Assembly: GCA_965215185.1 (NCBI GenBank)
Contig: OZ244034.1
Coordinates: 2,208,001 to 2,272,000, forward strand
From: Acidimicrobiia bacterium
GTDB taxonomy: Bacteria; Actinomycetota; Acidimicrobiia; Spongiisociales; ZC4RG35
DNA length: 64,000 nucleotides
Direction of reading: 5' to 3'
In this document: in pieces, positions 59,412 through 64,000 of the stretch
Layout: every line of letters starts with the position of its first letter
Position numbering within the stretch: position 1 is the first letter of the stretch
Notes under the pieces: generated by a model
The model's input: the letters and a program-made list of their open reading frames with translations, nothing else
What the model was told of the DNA's origin: nothing
Database searches by the model: none
Translations under genes and position numbers: made by a program

Positions 59412-61406
59412 TTATGGGGTGAGCCTTCGCCACCGGCTTTTTGGGCGTAGGGCCTGTTTGAGGAAGTCTTCCAGGGGCCTTTTGTGCAACACGGTTCGGT
59501 CGCCGCCGGTCGAGGCTTCATTGATAAGCGTGGAGGGCAGATCGTCCCATCCGAAGCGGCGCCTGCCGAAGGCGTCACGTTGCTCCCACACGATGACATG
59601 GTTGCCGTCGATGGTCCAGCCGTTGGGGGCATCGCCTTCCTTTCGGGTGTAGGCTGAAGGCCGAAGGAGGGCGAGGATCCGATCTCTCACCCGATCGTAG
59701 CGTTTGTCGGCGTAATCTATCCAGGACAGTTCCCGACACCAGGGAGGGGCAGCTCCGTCTGATGCCTCCGCCAGGATGCCGCCGAGCGCGGCCGAGGAGA
59801 CCGCCAACCAGTCTTCGGGAAGACTCTCCTCTTCCAGGCGAGCCATGACATCCACCAAATAGCGTCGATAGAGGTGGCCGGTTAGGTCTCTACGGATTTG
59901 CTGGACACGACTGTGCAGACGTTGCCGCAGGCCTTCGTTGTGGGCGGGCAGGGCGGTGGTGGTGTAGATCATCATGCTGCGTTTGGTGACCTCGTCAGGG
60001 AAGGAATGAGGCTCGGCGTTCATCGACAACACGATCCCCGGATACTCAGTGACCGCGGGCGGGAAGTCGTTTTTGATCATGTCTTTGCCGTGTTGATTAA
60101 AGGCTCTCCGCCCAATGTCGTCGAAGACCACCGGGTGACGCCGGTAAGCGTGCTGCAGACCGCGCAGACGGGCGGCGGTGAAACTGCTCTTGTCGACAGT
60201 GTGGGGGCGACCGAACATAGAGGTGGTCAAAGTGTCCACCAGGCTGGTCTTGCCACAGTTGGACTTGCCGAAGATAATGGCGAAACAGGGGTAACGAACC
60301 ACATCGCTGTCCCGCAGGAAAGCCAGCGAACGCAGGTCGCACATGAAAGGCGAGAAATACAGCCAGCCCATTAGCGTGAAATAGTCCCGTTGGAGGGTCG
60401 GTACATCTCCCTCGAAGGCCTCTTCGTAGTTGCCGAAGAAATCCATTATCAATCTGGCGTCGGTACCAACCGAGGTGTCGTTCCAACGCAACGAGAACTC
60501 CTCTCCGGAAAGCGACGCCTTACCGGTGGCTCTGTCGATGGAGAAATAGCGATGGTCTACTTCGTCGCTGGTTTTCACCAGTTGGATGCGGCTCAACTCC
60601 CGCTTGATTTTGGGTGTGATCCTCTGTTTGCCGCCTCGGAAATTGGGTATGGCTGCGGACAGACGCGGTTTCAATATAGCCGCAACCTTCTCAACGCGCT
60701 CGATCTGCGCCGGGGCAGACATCTCAACCTCTGCAGGCTCGGGAGCGTCAATTATCACAGTGGACGAAGAGTCCGACAGCACCGGCGTCTCCGGTATCTC
60801 AATCTCGGCTTGGACAATCCGGTCCCTGGGCAGCGGTATCTCGTCGGAGCCCATGTCACGGATGGCCTCGAACATGCGGCTGTAATGACTCCAAGCGCCC
60901 TCGTCGTTGTCGAAAACGACCAGAGTTTCGGGCTGGATCCCCGAGAAGGCCCGTTCGGACAGGTTGGCGGAACCGACCACGACCCTAGTACGGCGGCCGC
61001 TGGACAGCAGGTACAACTTGGCGTGTGCTACCGAGTTGCGAAGCACCCAAAACCTGGCCTCGCCAGCGACGATACTTTCCAAGATACGGTGGTGCCGGCT
61101 GTCTTCAAGTCCCATGATCGCCGCCCGCGTCTGTCCAGTCACTAACTTTTGAAAAGCGAGCACCTCCAAAAAGCCGCCGAGCGTGACCTCGCTCCCGAAA
61201 ACACACTCGAAGCTGCCGAAAGAAAAGTCGTCCAACATCCTGACAACGGCCGGGACGCTGGCCGAGAAAGTCAGCACCCGCAAGCTCTCAAACCCCTGGA
61301 ACAACTCCCAGTCGAACTTCTCCTCGTTTATGAAACTCGCCCGGACTACCCGAAGTCCGGCGCCGTCGTCCAATGCGAGACTCTGCGAAAGTGTTGGCGG
61401 TGGCAT
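59412..61406 (-). CDS. Phospholipase D-family nuclease (NgoFVII-like) fused to P-loop ATPase
   Basis: HAKLYLL...VVVGSANLS..AF.G.Q.E, Walker A GKSNCGKT and Walker B VVFDDI; AGGAGG RBS. Confidence 0.8.
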   Translation of the reverse strand: MPPPTLSQSLALDDGAGLRVVRASFINEEKFDWELFQGFESLRVLTFSASVPAVVRMLDDFSFGSFECVFGSEVTLGGFLEVLAFQKLVTGQTRAAIMGLEDSRHHRILESIVAGEARFWVLRNSVAHAKLYLLSSGRRTRVVVGSANLSERAFSGIQPETLVVFDNDEGAWSHYSRMFEAIRDMGSDEIPLPRDRIVQAEIEIPETPVLSDSSSTVIIDAPEPAEVEMSAPAQIERVEKVAAILKPRLSAAIPNFRGGKQRITPKIKRELSRIQLVKTSDEVDHRYFSIDRATGKASLSGEEFSLRWNDTSVGTDARLIMDFFGNYEEAFEGDVPTLQRDYFTLMGWLYFSPFMCDLRSLAFLRDSDVVRYPCFAIIFGKSNCGKTSLVDTLTTSMFGRPHTVDKSSFTAARLRGLQHAYRRHPVVFDDIGRRAFNQHGKDMIKNDFPPAVTEYPGIVLSMNAEPHSFPDEVTKRSMMIYTTTALPAHNEGLRQRLHSRVQQIRRDLTGHLYRRYLVDVMARLEEESLPEDWLAVSSAALGGILAEASDGAAPPWCRELSWIDYADKRYDRVRDRILALLRPSAYTRKEGDAPNGWTIDGNHVIVWEQRDAFGRRRFGWDDLPSTLINEASTGGDRTVLHKRPLEDFLKQALRPKSRWRRLTP

Positions 61407-61471
61407 CAGAGTGGGTTACTACCTCCTTGACAGCAGACAGTAATAGGCGACATTCCCGGAATCGGCGGACC

Positions 61472-61849
61472 CTACGAACAGAGTATCCCTCTGCTTGCTG
61501 GGCGACTGTCCGGCGAAGTAAAAACCGGAGACATTTCCGAACACGATGTTTCGGAATGCCGAATCGGACCAGGGCTTCTCCCTGACAGCGAAGAACAGGC
61601 CCACTGTCTCAAGAGACAGACCATCGGGCCAGAGGCAGCCAAAGACCAGATGGGATCATGACATGGAGCGGGGTGTTCGTAGTAAAGGGGACATCGAGCG
61701 ATGAACCGGCCGGTCTTCGGACCACGCAAGCGTCCGGTGTTCAGGTAATCCCTCCCGTAGGGATAATCAGGATGGAGGCGCGGATGTGGAGAAGAGGGTC
61801 GGTTCTCGGGTGCGGGACTTCCGGGCATCCTGTTCGTTTCCTGTATCAT
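61472..61849 (-). CDS. Hypothetical protein, possibly leaderless or degenerate
   Basis: ATG lies 7 nt after a TGTCAC-N10-CAGAAT promoter-like motif (61878-61857). No recognisable domain. Confidence 0.3.
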   Translation of the reverse strand: MIQETNRMPGSPAPENRPSSPHPRLHPDYPYGRDYLNTGRLRGPKTGRFIARCPLYYEHPAPCHDPIWSLAASGPMVCLLRQWACSSLSGRSPGPIRHSETSCSEMSPVFTSPDSRPASRGILCS

Positions 61850-61949
61850 GTCGCTCATTCTGCCCAGGGGGTGTGACAGTTTCACCCGCCACCAGATCGG
61901 ACCTGTTTAAACCCAGCCAGAGCCCTCTTGTCCCTGGTGGTTGCGGTGC

Positions 61950-63566
61950 TCAGGTAGAAGGGTGGCGGGGTTGGGAGAGGACGCGGCGGACCATGGGCTC
62001 GAAGAATTCGAGGGGTTCGGTGGGATAGTCGGGGTCGAATGACACTTGGTCGTAATCGGCGCAGAAGCGCACCGTGGCCTCGTACAGGGGATGGTCCCGG
62101 TAACGGTCGCGGGCGTCGGGGTCGCGTTGGTAGTGATGGGCGTAGTACTTCTCTTGAAATATCCCGTGGTGCTTGACTATCCAGTAGTTGTCCTCCGACA
62201 CGTAGGGACGCAGCAGCGCGGCAGCCACTTGCGAATGGTTGGCTGGACTTAGAACGTCTCCCACATCGTGCAGGAGCGCTACCACCATCATCTCCTCGTC
62301 CTCCCCTGCTCGGTGGGCGCGGGTGGCGGCTTGCAGTGAATGGCCGAGTCGGGTGATCTTGTATCCGGTGTGTTCGTCCATCGATCGAAGCCACTCGAGC
62401 ACCCGGTCCGGGAACTCGTCCAACTCCTCCTGTTCGTACTCGGATAGGAGTGCGTAGTCCTCGGCGGTGCCGTCTGACATTTTCGTGAAAGAGACCGTTC
62501 CGTCCAAGATCACTCCCTTTCGAAGAGCCCGCGTGGCAGCTGCAACCCTGCCTCCTGTTCCTAACCGCATTGTATCGCAGGGGACCTGAGTGCCCTGCGG
62601 GCAATCATCTAGGGACCTTGTTCGCCGACGGAACTTTTTGAGTTCCGGGCGGTAATGAAGAGTCAAACCTCCCACTACCACAACCGCGATACCCACGGTT
62701 TGCATCCAACTCAGGCTCTCTCCCAGCACCAACCAGGCCACCGCCGAGGATATGACCGGCTGAGCGGTGAGGACCGTCCCTACAGTGCCCGGACCGGCAC
62801 GGGACACCGCAGCTATTTCCAGCAGAATTCCCGCCGCGCTAGCCGCGGCGGCGATGCCCAGGACCAACCACTTCGACAATGGCAGGTCGATGGGTCCTAT
62901 CCCGGCGATTGGCAGTATCAGCACCGCGGCGGAGGCCCTCATCCACACCCCGATGGTTACTGGTGGGAGGCCGCCAAGGCGATCTACCAAAAGCAGATAG
63001 CCCCCCATGAACACTGCCGAGCCGATTCCGGCAGTGATGCCGATCGGGTCAGCCCGTTCCCAAGTCCAAGTCTCGGTCGCCAGGGAAACACCCAGGAAAA
63101 CGATGCCCGCCGCGGCCCACGCCCGCAACGGCACGGGGACATTCTGTTTCACCTGCGTCCAGATGAGCACTGTGGGGACCATGATGAACGCGAACGTGGC
63201 CGAAGGACCTGGGCCCAGACGGGAGAGGCTCACGTAATACAACACCGTGGCAGCTACGACGCACCCCCCCAGCAGGAAAAGTGTTCCCAGACGGCCCCGC
63301 GGGCGCAAAGCCTTCCTCCACCACCCGATGACCATGAAAATCACAAAGCCCGCCAGGTTCATCCGAAAGGTCATCTCCAAAGTGGTGTGGTGAGAGAACA
63401 GGTCAAACACGGCCACGGATACCACGGCGAACAGGACAGTGGAGATGGCCGCCATGGCCATCCCCCTTCCCGCGTGGGCACGGGTATAAGACTCGGTCGG
63501 TCGGATGGACCCTGCGGCCTGGGCCGCCGCGTCGCTGGGTTTTCTGATAGGGAGGCTCCTTGCCAA
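61950..63566 (-). CDS. EamA/DMT transporter in frame with HD-domain metalloprotein (HD part probably starts at TTG 62507)
   Basis: About 10 TM EamA region, then RLGHSLQAATRA, ALLHDVGD and VKHHG. Internal RBS AAGGGAG lies before TTG 62507. Confidence 0.75.
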   Translation of the reverse strand: MARSLPIRKPSDAAAQAAGSIRPTESYTRAHAGRGMAMAAISTVLFAVVSVAVFDLFSHHTTLEMTFRMNLAGFVIFMVIGWWRKALRPRGRLGTLFLLGGCVVAATVLYYVSLSRLGPGPSATFAFIMVPTVLIWTQVKQNVPVPLRAWAAAGIVFLGVSLATETWTWERADPIGITAGIGSAVFMGGYLLLVDRLGGLPPVTIGVWMRASAAVLILPIAGIGPIDLPLSKWLVLGIAAAASAAGILLEIAAVSRAGPGTVGTVLTAQPVISSAVAWLVLGESLSWMQTVGIAVVVVGGLTLHYRPELKKFRRRTRSLDDCPQGTQVPCDTMRLGTGGRVAAATRALRKGVILDGTVSFTKMSDGTAEDYALLSEYEQEELDEFPDRVLEWLRSMDEHTGYKITRLGHSLQAATRAHRAGEDEEMMVVALLHDVGDVLSPANHSQVAAALLRPYVSEDNYWIVKHHGIFQEKYYAHHYQRDPDARDRYRDHPLYEATVRFCADYDQVSFDPDYPTEPLEFFEPMVRRVLSQPRHPST

Positions 63567-63622
63567 CTTGGGAAACGACGACCGTTTGCCCGCTGGACAC
63601 TCAGGTATTTAGAACCCTATCG

Positions 63623-64000
63623 CTAGGTGGATAGCTCCGCGGTGCGAAGCGGCAAGCCTTGGGGGCCGTTGAGCATGACAGTAAGCGGCGCCACCTCCTT
63701 CTCATAGCCGGGACTGGCCAGAATCCCCAGGCGATCGGCGGTGGGCGTGAGGTAAAAGCCCTGCTCCTGGTCGGCTTCAAACCGGTCTCGGTCTAAGAAC
63801 AGCCTCGGCTTGATCACGGCTGGATCCCCTTCCTCCGGACAGAAGGTAAGGCAGTTTCCACACTCGTTGCACAACTCGGCCAGGATGAAATACTGCCAGC
63901 GGTCGGTCATCTCATCCTTGAGTTCGGGCACCGTGGCCAGGCGGATCACCGCATCGTTGGGGCAAACCGTGACGCAGAAGTTGCAGGCCACACACCCCCA
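63623..64000 (-). CDS. C-terminus of YgfK-like Fe-S oxidoreductase (partial)
   Basis: ACNFCVTVCPN and LCNECGNCLTFCPEEGDP...KPRLF. Confidence 0.7.
   Translation of the reverse strand, partial: WGCVACNFCVTVCPNDAVIRLATVPELKDEMTDRWQYFILAELCNECGNCLTFCPEEGDPAVIKPRLFLDRDRFEADQEQGFYLTPTADRLGILASPGYEKEVAPLTVMLNGPQGLPLRTAELST

Overview
High-GC actinobacterial DNA. The gene content (pknB/pbpA/rodA/pstP/fhaB next to tRNA-Leu(CAG), SenX3/RegX3-pst, DUF222 remnant) fits Acidimicrobiia, possibly a host-associated MAG, but the taxonomy is an inference. Two regions stand out. (1) 0.8-10.7 kb is a bacterial microcompartment (BMC) operon. It has BMC-P, BMC-H and BMC-T(dp) shell genes, an acylating aldehyde dehydrogenase, a glutamine-synthetase-like ligase, a degenerate opine dehydrogenase, an N-terminally extended malate dehydrogenase, HpaE/HpaD-like meta-cleavage enzymes and a divergent sarcosine-oxidase-like gene. 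No classical signature enzyme is present. (2) 18.86-26.33 kb is a tandem array of DDE-transposase elements inserted exactly at the CCA end of tRNA-Leu(CAG). The elements have 11-bp terminal inverted repeats (TGGnCTGTTAG...CTAACACCCCA), CCA spacers, three ungapped 64-bp right ends, two 468-bp left arms and toxin-antitoxin cargo. The rest holds housekeeping genes (dnaB, serS, tadA, large SRP RNA, further tRNAs, Pho cluster, fabF, trmL), transporters, several pseudogenes (two broken by short locally templated insertions, including ppk1) and a decayed defence region (DrmA and KAP fragments, PLD-ATPase, MTase-nuclease fusion). No CRISPR array or rRNA was seen. All calls are from motif recognition by eye, with no database searches.
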